Shown in pieces: positions 29,700 through 40,144 of a DNA stretch of 64,000 nucleotides. Source of the DNA: Gemmatimonadota bacterium (lineage in GTDB: Bacteria > Latescibacterota > UBA2968 > GCA-2709665); the NCBI GenBank assembly GCA_028874335.1, contig JAPPJY010000013.1, forward strand, positions 6,526-70,525, in the 5' to 3' direction. Positions within the stretch are counted from its first letter, which is position 1. Each line of letters starts with the position of its first letter. Both the position numbers and the translations under genes were made by a program. The notes below the pieces were generated by a model. The model saw only the letters and a program-made list of their open reading frames with translations. It had not been told where the DNA came from and ran no database searches.

Positions 29700-29728
29700 A
29701 ATATAAAAGCTTTGGCTTCCGGGCGCAA
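29700..29728 (-). promoter_or_regulatory. Candidate groESL sigma-70 promoter (TTGCGC-N17-TATATT)
   Basis: On the minus strand, -35 is TTGCGC (29723-29728) and -10 is TATATT (29700-29705), immediately upstream of CIRCE. Confidence 0.5.
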
Positions 29729-29756
29729 GGACAAATTCCAGCATTCGACAAAAAAG

Positions 29757-29786
29757 CGCATTACGAATCGTAATGCGCCTCCGGCT
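29757..29786 (-). terminator. Rho-independent terminator after the rhodanese gene
   Basis: The minus strand reads GCGCATTAC-GATTC-GTAATGCGC followed by TTTTTT. Confidence 0.75.
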
Positions 29787-29827
29787 ATATCAACCGCGTC
29801 GACCCGTGTTCCGTCCGCGACAATTGG

Positions 29828-30307
29828 CTATTGTTTCGAACGCTTCAATTGCTGTTTCTTCCGCGAGATCCGATTCTCCAGGTGCTCTATTTCGGCTTCC
29901 AACAGTTCAGGACGATCCAGGTCGTCGGATTCCTCCGGAGGCGGCGGCTGTTCCGAAGGCAGGTCCGCGTCCGCCCAGTCTTCGTACCCGCCGGCCATGG
30001 AAATCACCCGCTCATAACCCAATTCCTTCAATGAGTCGGCAGCCAGCAGCGAACGAACCCCGCCAGCGCAATACACCACCACTTCCCTGGACTTGTCCGG
30101 AATGCGGGATTCAGCCTCAGCTTCGAGGCGGCCGCGTGGAACGTGAACCGCTCCCCGAAGATGTCCCGATTCCCATTCTTCCTGTTCGCGCACATCCAGC
30201 AGGACCGGACTCGCACCGCATTCCAGATGATCGTGCACCTCCTGCACGGTCATCTCCGGTATCTCGCTGCGGGCCTCGCTCAAGAGGTCATCTCGGGATT
30301 TCATCAA
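29828..30307 (-). CDS. Rhodanese-domain sulfurtransferase with acidic/coiled-coil C-tail
   Basis: LLDVREQEEWESGHLRGAVHVP and active-site loop VVYCAGGVRS. Confidence 0.85.
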   Translation of the reverse strand: MMKSRDDLLSEARSEIPEMTVQEVHDHLECGASPVLLDVREQEEWESGHLRGAVHVPRGRLEAEAESRIPDKSREVVVYCAGGVRSLLAADSLKELGYERVISMAGGYEDWADADLPSEQPPPPEESDDLDRPELLEAEIEHLENRISRKKQQLKRSKQ

Positions 30308-30367
30308 TCCGGAACTCCTTTTCGTCGCGTCGGCCGGGTTTCACGTTGAGTCGACCGGCGTGTTTGT

Positions 30368-33300
30368 TCACGCCGGCACCCGGCCCGCAAGACCATGGCA
30401 TTTCTTGTACTTTTTTCCGCTGCCGCACGGACACGGGTCGTTTCTGCCCACCTTCTGCACCCGAATCGGGCGCTGCCGGGGCGGCCCACCTTCCGAAGTG
30501 GCTGCGACGGTATCCGAGGTCGGCGACGCTTCGACGCCGGGGGCGAACCCCATGCCGGTGGCATCCTGGTGCGTGAGCGAGACCCGCTGAGGCTGCCGGC
30601 CTCTCGGGCTGGAAAGGTCCTCTTCCACCGGAATGCGAAAAAGGGTCTTCAATGTTTCGCGGTTGATCTCGTCGAGCAGGTCGACGAACATCTGAAATCC
30701 TTCGCGCTTGTATTCGATCAGCGGGTCCTTTTGTCCATATCCCCGCAGGCCGATGCCCTCCTTGAGGTCGTCCATCTCCCTGAGGTGGTCCTTCCACTTC
30801 TCGTCGGTCACCCCCAGATAGACCATTCGCTCGATGTCCCGCATCCTTCCCGCGCCAATCAGGCTCTCCCGGCGTCTGTAGGCTGACCGGATTCCATCGA
30901 ACAACTCGTCCCGGAATCCGTCCTCTTTCAGTTCGGGCAGCGACTCGGGGGGCACTTCCGGAACCTGGAGGAAGATCTGTCGCAGGTCGCGGTAGAGTCC
31001 GTCCAGGTTCCAGTCCTCCTGGGTGCCTTCATCCGGCAGGTGGCTCTGGAACGAAGCGTTCACCACCTCCTCCATCTCTTCTTCGATCTGCTCGTAGATA
31101 TTGTGCTGCTCCAGCCCGTGGCGGCGACGGTCGTATACGACTTCCCGCTGCTGGTTCATCACGTCGTCGTATTCAAGCAGATGCTTCCGCACCTCGAAAT
31201 TCCGGGCTTCCACGCGTTTCTGCGCCCGTTCGATGGATCGGGTAACCATCCGGTGTTCGATCACCTCACCCTCTTCGGCGCCCAGACGATCCATGATCCG
31301 GGCAATCCTTTCGGAGCCGAAGAGCCGCATGAGATCGTCTTCCAGCGAGATGAAAAACCGGGAATTTCCCGGGTCGCCCTGCCGGCCGGCCCGTCCGCGA
31401 AGCTGCCGGTCTATCCGCCTTGCCTCGTGCCGCTCGGTACCGATGATATGCAATCCGCAAGGCACCTCTTCCTCGCAACGGTATTCCTCCAGGTGCGGGC
31501 ACTGGGGGCGACCGCCGTCGGCGCCGGGTATCAGCGCGCATTGATGGTCCTGCGGCGCTTTGACAACCCCGTCCCCCAGCTTGATATCCGTACCACGACC
31601 CGCCATATTGGTGGCGATGGTCACGGCGCCCGGTTGTCCGGCTCTGGCAACGATCTGGGCTTCCTGCTGGTTGTGACGCGCGTTGAGCACCGAGTGTTTA
31701 ATTCCCTTCCGCTTCAGCATTCGGGATAGCAACTCCGACACTTCGACGCTGATGGTACCCACGAGAACCGGCAGGCCCCTGTCGTTCAACCGTTCTATCT
31801 CGTCCACGATGGCGTTGTACTTCTCCCGCTTGGTCCTGAAGATCAGATCCTCCGAATCGACCCGCCGCACGGGTTCGTTCGTAGGCATTACGACAACGTC
31901 CAGCTTGTAGATCTGAAACAGTTCCGCAGCCTCGGTTTCGGCGGTTCCCGTCATCCCCGCCAGCTTGTGATACAATCGGAAGTAGTTCTGCAGCGTAATC
32001 GTGGCAATCGTCTGGGTGTCCCGTTCCACCTTGACGCGCTCTTTTGCTTCCAGAGCCTGGTGCAGGCCGTCCGCAAATCGCCGACCCGGCTGGGGACGCC
32101 CCGTGAATTCGTCGACGATAATCACCTGGCCGCCGTCCACGATATACCTTACGTCCTTCTCATAAAGCGTATGGGCGACCAGAAGCTGTTGCACGCTGTG
32201 AATCGCCTCGCTCTTGCGGGCGTAGTCCTGGTACGCGTCGTCCTGGGCTCTGGCCTTTTCGTCAGGCGCCAGCGCATCGTCCGCTTCGATTTCGTGCAGG
32301 ACTTCATCCAGGTCCTGCAGCACGAAATCGTCCGGCCTCCGGCTGATCTCAACCCTCCCCTTATCGGTCAGGTCGATAACGTGGCTCTTCTCGTCCACGC
32401 TGAAGTAGAGGTCTTCGTCGATCTCGGCCATTCGTTTGTCGCGCAGGTAATCGGCCTCAACCCGGCCGATCAGACGTTTGGTCCCCTCTTCCTGAAGCAA
32501 TTTCATGAACCGGCGGTTCTTGGGCATCCCCCGCTGGACCTGGAGCAGCCGGATACCCGCCTCGTATTCGTCCTTTTCGAGGAGTTCCTCCGCTTCGTTC
32601 AAAGTCCCGGTGACCACCCGGGTTTGCGCCCTGACCAACCGCTCCACCAGCGGCCGCATTTCATCGTACCTCTGATTGTCGGCCTCCGCCACCGCGCCGG
32701 AAATGATCAGGGGGGTCCTCGCCTCGTCGATCAGTATGCTGTCGGCTTCGTCGATGATCGCAAAATAGTGTTCGCGCTGCATGAGGTCGTCCGGACGAAC
32801 CGCCATATTGTCGTAGAGATAATCGAACCCGAACTGGTCCTTCGTGCCATAGACGACGTCGGCCCTGTATGCCTCCTGATGATCGCACTCCCGCAAACGG
32901 TACACGCCCTCCCGGTCTTCCTCCAGGAGATATGCCTCCGCCTCCATGGACCGGTCCTGGATGATGCCGACGCTCATCCCGAGAAAGAGATAGACGGGGC
33001 CCAACCACATGGCGTCCCGCTTTGCGAGATAGGAGTTCACCGTGACGAGGTGAACACCCCGTCCCGTCAGTCCATTCAGATAGAGCGGCATTCCCGCCAC
33101 CAGCGTCTTGCCCTCGCCGGTGGCCATCTCGGCGATTTTTCCCTGGTGTAAGACGATGCCGCCGAGCAACTGCACGTCGTAGGGCACCATATCCCACACG
33201 ATGGACTCACCGGCGCGCTCCCACTGCTTCCCTTCCGCTTTGAACCGGCGGCAAGTCTCCTTGTAGATCGCGTATGCCTCGGGCAGAATCTCCTCCAGAG

Positions 33301-33598
33301 CCTCCGCCTCGACCTCCCTGACCTCGCCCTCCAGTTCCGTGATTTCGTCCAGCAGCGAGGAGCGGTCCATCTCCTCCTCGCTCTTCAGCGCCTCCCGCAT
33401 CTCATCGAGCTGTTCCGTGTATTCGGCTGTCGCGTCCCGCAACCTCTGCCTGAATTCGGTCGTCTTGCCGCGAAGGTCCACTTCGGAGAGCGAAGCAAAC
33501 GACTCGCATAGCCCGTTTATTCTTTCGACCGTCGGCCAGAGTTTCTTCAGATCCCGATCGTATTTGGTCCCGAATACTTTCTTGATCACACCCATCAT
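30368..33598 (-). CDS. secA: Preprotein translocase ATPase SecA
   Basis: 1076 aa. [11 protein letters not shown] Walker [62 protein letters not shown]-terminal zinc motif [14 protein letters not shown]. Confidence 0.98.
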   Translation of the reverse strand: MMGVIKKVFGTKYDRDLKKLWPTVERINGLCESFASLSEVDLRGKTTEFRQRLRDATAEYTEQLDEMREALKSEEEMDRSSLLDEITELEGEVREVEAEALEEILPEAYAIYKETCRRFKAEGKQWERAGESIVWDMVPYDVQLLGGIVLHQGKIAEMATGEGKTLVAGMPLYLNGLTGRGVHLVTVNSYLAKRDAMWLGPVYLFLGMSVGIIQDRSMEAEAYLLEEDREGVYRLRECDHQEAYRADVVYGTKDQFGFDYLYDNMAVRPDDLMQREHYFAIIDEADSILIDEARTPLIISGAVAEADNQRYDEMRPLVERLVRAQTRVVTGTLNEAEELLEKDEYEAGIRLLQVQRGMPKNRRFMKLLQEEGTKRLIGRVEADYLRDKRMAEIDEDLYFSVDEKSHVIDLTDKGRVEISRRPDDFVLQDLDEVLHEIEADDALAPDEKARAQDDAYQDYARKSEAIHSVQQLLVAHTLYEKDVRYIVDGGQVIIVDEFTGRPQPGRRFADGLHQALEAKERVKVERDTQTIATITLQNYFRLYHKLAGMTGTAETEAAELFQIYKLDVVVMPTNEPVRRVDSEDLIFRTKREKYNAIVDEIERLNDRGLPVLVGTISVEVSELLSRMLKRKGIKHSVLNARHNQQEAQIVARAGQPGAVTIATNMAGRGTDIKLGDGVVKAPQDHQCALIPGADGGRPQCPHLEEYRCEEEVPCGLHIIGTERHEARRIDRQLRGRAGRQGDPGNSRFFISLEDDLMRLFGSERIARIMDRLGAEEGEVIEHRMVTRSIERAQKRVEARNFEVRKHLLEYDDVMNQQREVVYDRRRHGLEQHNIYEQIEEEMEEVVNASFQSHLPDEGTQEDWNLDGLYRDLRQIFLQVPEVPPESLPELKEDGFRDELFDGIRSAYRRRESLIGAGRMRDIERMVYLGVTDEKWKDHLREMDDLKEGIGLRGYGQKDPLIEYKREGFQMFVDLLDEINRETLKTLFRIPVEEDLSSPRGRQPQRVSLTHQDATGMGFAPGVEASPTSDTVAATSEGGPPRQRPIRVQKVGRNDPCPCGSGKKYKKCHGLAGRVPA

Positions 33599-33633
33599 AA
33601 GCGCGTATCCACCGATTATCGCCGAAACCTTAA

Positions 33634-33703
33634 CAGTCCGTTGACAATGCGGATCTGCAGGCGAGGCAGTGTCCCGTCCCGGATCGGCTCTCTCAACCCA
33701 TTG
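33634..33703 (-). mobile_element. MITE-like element, family C, copy 4 (short, diverged)
   Basis: CAGTCCGTTGACAATGCGGATCTGCAGGCGAGG...GGCTCTCTCAACCCATTG aligns with both ends of 37824-37983. Flanks are TTAA (33630-33633) and TCAA (33704-33707). The latter contains the nusB stop codon. Confidence 0.6.
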
Positions 33704-34132
33704 TCAATCCGCGGCTTCCGCAAGGATTCCTTTCTGTCTGACCAGCGCATCCAGGATTCCGTTGATGAACGTCGGCGCCTTCTCCACGCTGTACCGCCTG
33801 GCGAGCTCGATCGCTTCGTTCATCGATACCTTGACCGGAATATTGTCGAATGCGAGCATTTCCGTAAGCGCCATCCAGAGCAGGATCCGGTCGATCCTCG
33901 AGATCCGTTCCAGCGCCCAGTTCCGTGAAATCCCTTCTACCAGACCGTCCAGTTCGTCTTTGCGCGTCCAGGTTTCCCGACCAAGCGCGTGGGCGAATTC
34001 CGCGGCTTCATCCGTCAAACCGGCGCGAAGCGCCATGGCATGGAGCGTCTGCTGTACGGGGTCTCCCGAACTCTCGCTCCAATACAGCGCCTGCAGCGCA
34101 ACTTCGCGGGCTTTTCGTCGCGAACCCGTCAT
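33704..34132 (-). CDS. nusB: Transcription antitermination factor NusB
   Basis: [13 protein letters not shown]...; start Met at 34132 overlaps the ribH stop (ATGA). Confidence 0.9.
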   Translation of the reverse strand: MTGSRRKAREVALQALYWSESSGDPVQQTLHAMALRAGLTDEAAEFAHALGRETWTRKDELDGLVEGISRNWALERISRIDRILLWMALTEMLAFDNIPVKVSMNEAIELARRYSVEKAPTFINGILDALVRQKGILAEAAD

Positions 34133-34608
34133 GCCTCTTCCGCGTCCAGGGATGCCACCAGATTCACCATCTCGACAGCGGCAAGGGCGACCTCCCATCC
34201 CTTGTTTCCGGCCTTGGTTCCCGCCCTTTCGAACGCCTGTTCAATCGTATCGGTTGTCAATACGCCAAACAGGCACGGCACGCCCGACTCAAGTCCGACC
34301 GATGCAATCCCCTTGGAGACTTCGTTGGCCACATAGTCGAAGTGGGGCGTACTTCCGCGAATCACGGCCCCCAGGCAGATCACCGCGTCGTAACGTCCGC
34401 TGCGCGCCATCTTGTCGGCCACCAGTGGAATCTCGAACGAACCCGGAACCCAGGCCACATCGACGTCTTCCGGTTCGCCTCCATGTCGTTTCAGGCAATC
34501 CTCGGCGCCATCAAGCAACTGCTTGCTGACCGGACTGTTGAATCGACTTACCACGATACCGAAGCGTTTGCCTTCCGCGCGCAGTCCACCTTCAATCACT
34601 CTGGCCAT
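34129..34608 (-). CDS. ribH: 6,7-dimethyl-8-ribityllumazine synthase
   Basis: FGIVVSRFN...VPGSFEIP...[19 protein letters not shown]. Confidence 0.95.
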   Translation of the reverse strand: MARVIEGGLRAEGKRFGIVVSRFNSPVSKQLLDGAEDCLKRHGGEPEDVDVAWVPGSFEIPLVADKMARSGRYDAVICLGAVIRGSTPHFDYVANEVSKGIASVGLESGVPCLFGVLTTDTIEQAFERAGTKAGNKGWEVALAAVEMVNLVASLDAEEA

Positions 34609-35866
34609 ACGTCTCCTCCGGGGAGCCATCCACCAGCTTCAGATCTTCATCGTCGAAAATGTGTCCCATCTTCTTTTGTTTGGTACGCAGATACCGGAGA
34701 TTCCACGGCGTGGGTACAATCTTGACGGGGACCCGCTCCACAATTTCGATTCCGTACGCCTCCAGCCCCACGCGCTTGGCGGGGTTGTTGGTGATCAGCC
34801 GGGCTTTCCTGACGCCAAGGTCCAACAGAATCTGCGCGCCGATGCCGTAATCCCGCTCGTCCATCTTGAAACCGAGCTTCAGATTCGCCTCTACCGTATC
34901 GTAGCCTTCTTCCTGAAGCTGGTAGGCGTTGATCTTTGCACGCAAGCCGATGCCGCGGCCCTCCTGCCGCATGTAGACAACGGCGCCGCGGCCTTCCCGC
35001 TCGATCATCTCGATCGCCGAATGCAGATTGGTGCAGCAGTCGCACCTCAGAGACCCGAATGCGTCGCCCGTGAGACACTCGGAGTGCATTCGCACCAACA
35101 CCGGATCGCCGGCCGTGAGGTCTCCCTTGGTCAGCGCCACGTGATCCCGCCTGTCGACTTCGCTGTCGTAGAGATGAAGCTTGAACTCCCCGAACCGGGT
35201 GGGGAGGCGGACCGTCTCCAGACACTCGACCAGCTTTTCCGAACGCCGCCGGTACGCGATCAGATCGCGGATCGTAATGATCCTCAGGCTGAACTTCCTG
35301 GCCATTTCCATGAGCTGCGGCAGCCGTGCCATCGTCCCGTCGGGATTCAGGATTTCGCACAGGACGCCTGCAGGATAGAGGCCCGCAAGCCGCGCCAGGT
35401 CCACCGTCGCCTCCGTATGCCCTGCCCGCCTCAACACGCCTCCCGGACGAGCGGATAAAGGAAAGACGTGGCCGGGTCTGGCAAAATCGGGAGGGCGGGC
35501 GTCCGGATCCGCAAATCGCTGAATTGTCACCGCACGATCCTGCGCCGAGATTCCGGTTGTTGTGCCCTCAACCGCGTCGATGCTGACCGTGAAGGGGGTT
35601 CCATGCAACGCGGTATTCTTGCCCACCATCATCTCCAGTTCCAACTCCTGCAACCGTTCCGGCATTGCCGGCAGGCAGACCAGCCCGCGCCCGTGAAGGG
35701 CCATGAAGTTGATGATCTCAGGCGTGACTTTTTCCGCCGCCGTGATCAGGTCTCCCTCGTTTTCCCGATCCTCATCGTCCACGACGATCACAAGCTTGCC
35801 CGCACGGATGTCGTTCAGTGCTTCCTCGATGGACGCGATATGGAGCCCGACGTCGACTTCAGACAT
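34592..35866 (-). CDS. ribBA: Bifunctional 3,4-dihydroxy-2-butanone-4-phosphate synthase / GTP cyclohydrolase II
   Basis: [16 protein letters not shown], and GCH-II Cys cluster [28 protein letters not shown]. Confidence 0.95.
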   Translation of the reverse strand: MSEVDVGLHIASIEEALNDIRAGKLVIVVDDEDRENEGDLITAAEKVTPEIINFMALHGRGLVCLPAMPERLQELELEMMVGKNTALHGTPFTVSIDAVEGTTTGISAQDRAVTIQRFADPDARPPDFARPGHVFPLSARPGGVLRRAGHTEATVDLARLAGLYPAGVLCEILNPDGTMARLPQLMEMARKFSLRIITIRDLIAYRRRSEKLVECLETVRLPTRFGEFKLHLYDSEVDRRDHVALTKGDLTAGDPVLVRMHSECLTGDAFGSLRCDCCTNLHSAIEMIEREGRGAVVYMRQEGRGIGLRAKINAYQLQEEGYDTVEANLKLGFKMDERDYGIGAQILLDLGVRKARLITNNPAKRVGLEAYGIEIVERVPVKIVPTPWNLRYLRTKQKKMGHIFDDEDLKLVDGSPEETYGQSD

Positions 35867-35926
35867 GAGATGCCGCTCCCGGCAAAGTGGAGGGTTGAAA
35901 CGAACTGATCGCGGCTTGCGCGATTC

Positions 35927-36583
35927 TCACGAAACCCCTTCTCTTTCACTTCCAATACCGACGTTTCGCAACGTCCCCGGATTTCCGTTATCCGTACATC
36001 CGCCGGTCAGCCTTTCCAGGTACCGCGCCACCAGATCGACCTCCAGGTTGACCGCGTCGCCGACCCGGCGTTCACCGATCGTCGTGGCTTCCGCCGTATG
36101 CGGAATGACCGTCACCGTGAAGTCTCGTGCGCCCGCTGCCACAACCGTCAGGCTGATCCCGTCCACGGCGATCGATCCCTTGGCGGCCAGATACGCGGAC
36201 AGTTCCTCAGGCATTACAATCCGGAATGTCATGTTGTCGGCCCATCGCCGGCGTTCCATCACCCTGCCCATCCCATCCACGTGACCGGCCACCAGATGGC
36301 CGCCCAGGCGGTCCGACAGCTTCACCGAACGTTCCAGGTTCACCCTGTGTCCCGTTTCAAGTCTCCCAAGGGTGGTTCGTTCGAGGGTCTCCGAGACGGA
36401 CTCGAACGAGAACGCATGACGCTCCGCTTCGACAACGGTGTGGCAGGCGCCGTCGATCGATATGCTGTCGCCAACAGAGACATCCTCCAGCACGCGCGTC
36501 GCTTCAACCGTCGTGCGCTGATACCCCGTCCGCCTCTGAACCGCACGCACCAGCCCCACTTCCTCGACAATCCCCGTAAACAT
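35927..36583 (-). CDS. ribE: Riboflavin synthase (alpha chain)
   Basis: [10 protein letters not shown]...[13 protein letters not shown]...[12 protein letters not shown] duplicated lumazine-binding repeats. Met at 36583 within ORF 35927..36739. Confidence 0.93.
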   Translation of the reverse strand: MFTGIVEEVGLVRAVQRRTGYQRTTVEATRVLEDVSVGDSISIDGACHTVVEAERHAFSFESVSETLERTTLGRLETGHRVNLERSVKLSDRLGGHLVAGHVDGMGRVMERRRWADNMTFRIVMPEELSAYLAAKGSIAVDGISLTVVAAGARDFTVTVIPHTAEATTIGERRVGDAVNLEVDLVARYLERLTGGCTDNGNPGTLRNVGIGSEREGVS

Positions 36584-36669
36584 CGTGCATATCCTTTCGC
36601 GGGCCCCGCGGAATGGAGAATCAGAGACCGCCGGACAATGGACCCGGCTCCGCCGTCCCGGTCCCGGGT

Positions 36670-37770
36670 TCACGCCTTCCGTGCAGGAACTGCCGCGTCC
36701 TTCATCCGTGCCGTGTAGAACAAGTCGGGGCCGGTCCAATCCACGTCGACCTGATTCAGGTGAATCGCATCGGCCATTCTCGTTATTCCCAGGTCGCCAA
36801 CCGAATCAACCCCTCTTCCCAGAATCGCCGGCGCGATAAACACCGCGAGCCGGTCGATCAACCGCTCGCGCATCGCGGAAGCAGCCACTGCGCCTCCGCC
36901 TTCGATCAACACATGGGTAAACCCTTCGGCGCCGGCACGGGAAAGCACGTCCCGGAGCATGGGCCTTCCATCCCTTGGCGGACTGACCCATACGCGCGCG
37001 CCGCGCGTCTCCATCGCTTCGACTTTTTTTTTTGAGACGCCTTGCGCTGCGGCGAGAATCAACGCCGCCCCGTTGAATACCTTTGCGTCCCGTGAGATCT
37101 CGAGGCGACTGTCCAGCACGATCTTGGCCGGATCCGGACCGTCGAGATGCCGCACTGTCAGCGCAGGATCGTCCGCGTCTACAGTCCCCCTTCCGACCAT
37201 GACCGCGGACGCTTCAGCACGCAGCCCGTGCGCCTTAACCCTGGACGCGTGGGAGGAAATCCATCTCGACTCGCCCGAAGCCGTCGCAATGCGGCCGTCG
37301 AGGGTCTGCGCCAGCTTCAGGGTGACGAAAGGAAGGCCCGTGGTCCGGTGTTTTACGAATATTTCGTTCAGTCGACGCGCCTCTTCCTCGAGTACGCCAA
37401 CCTCCACCCGCACACCTGCCTCCCGCAACCGGTCGATGCCTCTGCCGGAAACCCGTCTGTCCGGGTCCGTCATGCCGCAAACGACCCGCGCAACCCCTTT
37501 CCTGATCAACAAATCCACACACGGCGGCGTACGGCCGGTATGTGCGCATGGTTCGAGGGTCACGTACAATGTTACGCCGGGGGTTCCGTCGGCCATTCCT
37601 TCAAGCGCGTAGACCTCCGCGTGCGGCATTCCGGATTCAGGGTAGTAACCTTTTCCGATAATCTGGCCTTCACGAACCGCCACCGCACCCACAAGCGCAC
37701 CGTCCCGTACCCGACCGCGCCCCTTCTCGGCCAGCGACAACGCCAGCCGCATATAATCCGCATCCGTCAT
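36670..37770 (-). CDS. ribD: Bifunctional riboflavin deaminase/reductase
   Basis: HAEVYAL...TLEPCAHTGRTPPC deaminase zinc motif plus a RibD C-terminal reductase domain. Start Met at 37770. The ORF upstream extension runs into the MITE. Confidence 0.93.
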   Translation of the reverse strand: MTDADYMRLALSLAEKGRGRVRDGALVGAVAVREGQIIGKGYYPESGMPHAEVYALEGMADGTPGVTLYVTLEPCAHTGRTPPCVDLLIRKGVARVVCGMTDPDRRVSGRGIDRLREAGVRVEVGVLEEEARRLNEIFVKHRTTGLPFVTLKLAQTLDGRIATASGESRWISSHASRVKAHGLRAEASAVMVGRGTVDADDPALTVRHLDGPDPAKIVLDSRLEISRDAKVFNGAALILAAAQGVSKKKVEAMETRGARVWVSPPRDGRPMLRDVLSRAGAEGFTHVLIEGGGAVAASAMRERLIDRLAVFIAPAILGRGVDSVGDLGITRMADAIHLNQVDVDWTGPDLFYTARMKDAAVPARKA

Positions 37771-37823
37771 AAACCGCCCTGTATCGCCGGGAAGATGAAT
37801 GGCCAGGCGTGGACGAGGCTTAG

Positions 37824-37983
37824 CAGTCCGTTGGAAAAGTCGCTCTGCAGGCGAGGCCGAGCCATTGTGGTCGAAGACAAGGCGCGCAACCGAGTCCCAT
37901 CCTGCGATTCGGCGAGGGCGCGCAACGCAGTATTTCGACCGCAAGGGCCGGCCGTAGCCCGGATGGGCTTTTTCAACGGGCTG
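37824..37983 (-). mobile_element. MITE-like element, family C, copy 2
   Basis: Reverse complement of 16647-16803 along its whole length. Flanks are TTAG (37820-37823) and TTAC (37984-37987). The latter contains the TAA stop of the upstream minus-strand gene. Confidence 0.85.
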
Positions 37984-40053
37984 TTACTTGAGGTCGACCG
38001 TCGCTGTGCCTACCCCCACGTTGCCCAGCGCATCGGTCGCACGGACGACGACCGTGTATTCCCCCGCCGCCAGATCCTGAATTTCGAAACGCAAGGATTC
38101 CGTTCTGGAGTCGAATATACGATCGACTGGAAAGACCACCTTCCACGCTCCTGAATTCACCGCATAGGCCGCTTTCCAGAGCGGGCTCGCGGCGTCGTTC
38201 AGCGATCCCTCGATACGTACCCCGCCTGCAACCTGCCGTATCTGCAGCGCGACGGAGGGTGGTGTGTGGTCAAGATCGAACGGCCGGCTGACCATCTCGC
38301 CTGCCAGCGCGGTCTCCTCCGGATTGGTCAACCTGTCCGACGCCACCAACCGGACCAGCATCGTACCCTCGGGCGCGGACTCCGTGTGCCAATCGAAGGA
38401 ATTCGAACGCAGGTTTTCTTCCAGGAGTTTCCATCTTTTCTCGGACAGACCCCGATAGTACAACGCATATACCAGCCCGTCGTTATTCGCGTCTTCCGCT
38501 TTCCATGAGATCCGCCAGACGCCCCTCTGGTTATCTGGCGCCTTTCGGCCCTTTCCGGGGTCCTTAGGCGCAGCGCCGTTGCCCTGCGCCTCGATGGGTG
38601 AGACGACGAGTGCGAGGACCCGCGGGCCCAGATTTTCCTGAAGTCCCACCAGACTCACTTCGCGAATCGTCGGAGTGGTCGTACCCGCCACGGATCTCAA
38701 CTCGGCCCGATACTGGAGGAATCTCGCAGGCGGACTGGATACCTGTCCTCCCTGGGAGACCGAAGACCATTCACTCCAGGTGTTGTCCGGTTTTACGCTG
38801 TTTCCCGAACGGGTCTGGAATTGAACGGACGCATCCGGGGCAGGTTCGGCATTCCACCTGATTTTACCCCATCTGGACACGAGGTGGAAATCTCTCACCC
38901 TGGATTCCAGCCTGCCTTCGCGCGCGAACGCCTTTCCCAACCGATACACTTTTCCGGCTCCAGCGGTTCCCAACCAGAAGTCCCCGGAGTTTGACCGGCA
39001 GAACACCCATGGTTGAACGTCTTTCAGCCGGGTCAGCAGCGTCGCCCTGCCGGACAGGTCCACGCGATAGATGCTCCCCCTGTCTCCAGTCAGCACCGTA
39101 ATCTCCCGATCGTCCGCATGCAATGCCAGAAGCATCGGCTCGTCCACCGTCCATAGACGAACCGCCGCACCCGAAGGGCGTATCGCATACAGCACGGAAG
39201 CCTGCCGGGAGGAAGCGGACCCCTGGCCCTTGGCGGATTGTTGAGACGCGCCCTTTCCGCCCCCCTTCGAACGTTTGGACATTGCGCCCGCGAACAGGGT
39301 CCCATCCGTTCCCATCGCCAGCGCGTGGATTTCATCTTCCGCGGCGTCGTACAATACTTCCACCCTTCCCGCAACGTTGACACGGTAGACCAGTCCGCTC
39401 TGGTCCGTGCCGGCGTACACCCTGCCGCCGGCGTCCCGGATCAGCGACACCACATTGTGGTCTTCGCTTTTATATACCTCGTCGACCTCTCCCGCCGCGG
39501 AGATGCGCAGGATTCGTCCGTGTCTGCCGCCGGTGGCCGCGTACAGGCCTCCGTTTCCATCCACAACCAACGCCCAGACGTGTTCGTCTCCGGTTCGACA
39601 AAACGTCTCGGGTTCTTTGCCCTGAACGATCCTGTATACAATACCGTCCGGGGAGGAGCCGGCATAGAGTGTCCCGTCCGTTCCCACCGCGAGACTGAAA
39701 ATGGCCACTTCGGGCGAATCGAAGAGGAGCGTCGGCTCTCCCGCGCCATCAAAGGCGAAAATCTTCCCGCCGTTGCCCGTTGCAATAAACAGGCGACCGC
39801 CTCGCCCCTCCGCGAGTGCCCAGACGAATTCCTCTCCCGTATTCGCCGCGACCTGCAACTCGGGCGCCAGCAACACCGCGCCGTCTCTGGTTATTGAGAC
39901 ACCGTCGGCTTCGCCCCTGGCGAAGGCCTTCTGCGTGTGGTCGCGCCATACGACAGGCTCAACGCCGTCCGTTGGAATCAGAAGGCAGTTGAGCAGAAAG
40001 CACAGGCTCATCAGCAATATACGATAAACGGCATGTCGATTTTCTCGATCCAA
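37984..40053 (-). CDS. Secreted beta-propeller protein with C-terminal Fn3/Ig-like domains, hypothetical
   Basis: N-terminal hydrophobic signal/anchor. About 7 repeats of the L(Y/F)AG(T/S)..G.(I/V)YR(I/V) type. C-terminal Ig-like segment ...YTVVVRATDALGNVG. Confidence 0.7.
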   Translation of the reverse strand: MDRENRHAVYRILLMSLCFLLNCLLIPTDGVEPVVWRDHTQKAFARGEADGVSITRDGAVLLAPELQVAANTGEEFVWALAEGRGGRLFIATGNGGKIFAFDGAGEPTLLFDSPEVAIFSLAVGTDGTLYAGSSPDGIVYRIVQGKEPETFCRTGDEHVWALVVDGNGGLYAATGGRHGRILRISAAGEVDEVYKSEDHNVVSLIRDAGGRVYAGTDQSGLVYRVNVAGRVEVLYDAAEDEIHALAMGTDGTLFAGAMSKRSKGGGKGASQQSAKGQGSASSRQASVLYAIRPSGAAVRLWTVDEPMLLALHADDREITVLTGDRGSIYRVDLSGRATLLTRLKDVQPWVFCRSNSGDFWLGTAGAGKVYRLGKAFAREGRLESRVRDFHLVSRWGKIRWNAEPAPDASVQFQTRSGNSVKPDNTWSEWSSVSQGGQVSSPPARFLQYRAELRSVAGTTTPTIREVSLVGLQENLGPRVLALVVSPIEAQGNGAAPKDPGKGRKAPDNQRGVWRISWKAEDANNDGLVYALYYRGLSEKRWKLLEENLRSNSFDWHTESAPEGTMLVRLVASDRLTNPEETALAGEMVSRPFDLDHTPPSVALQIRQVAGGVRIEGSLNDAASPLWKAAYAVNSGAWKVVFPVDRIFDSRTESLRFEIQDLAAGEYTVVVRATDALGNVGVGTATVDLK

Positions 40054-40144
40054 CAGCCCGGTCTCCTATTATTCCGGAACGTCCGCCGTTTCCGCGACGT
40101 GTTCCCGTGGCCCGAGAGTCCGAAGACGGCGTTGTCGGGATGAC

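Noticed and set aside
29773-30576. 267-aa + strand Pro/Arg-rich ORF
   Set aside because: It is antisense to the rhodanese gene and the secA 3' end; a shadow frame.
34412-35458. 348-aa + strand ORF
   Set aside because: It is antisense to ribH and ribBA; a shadow frame.
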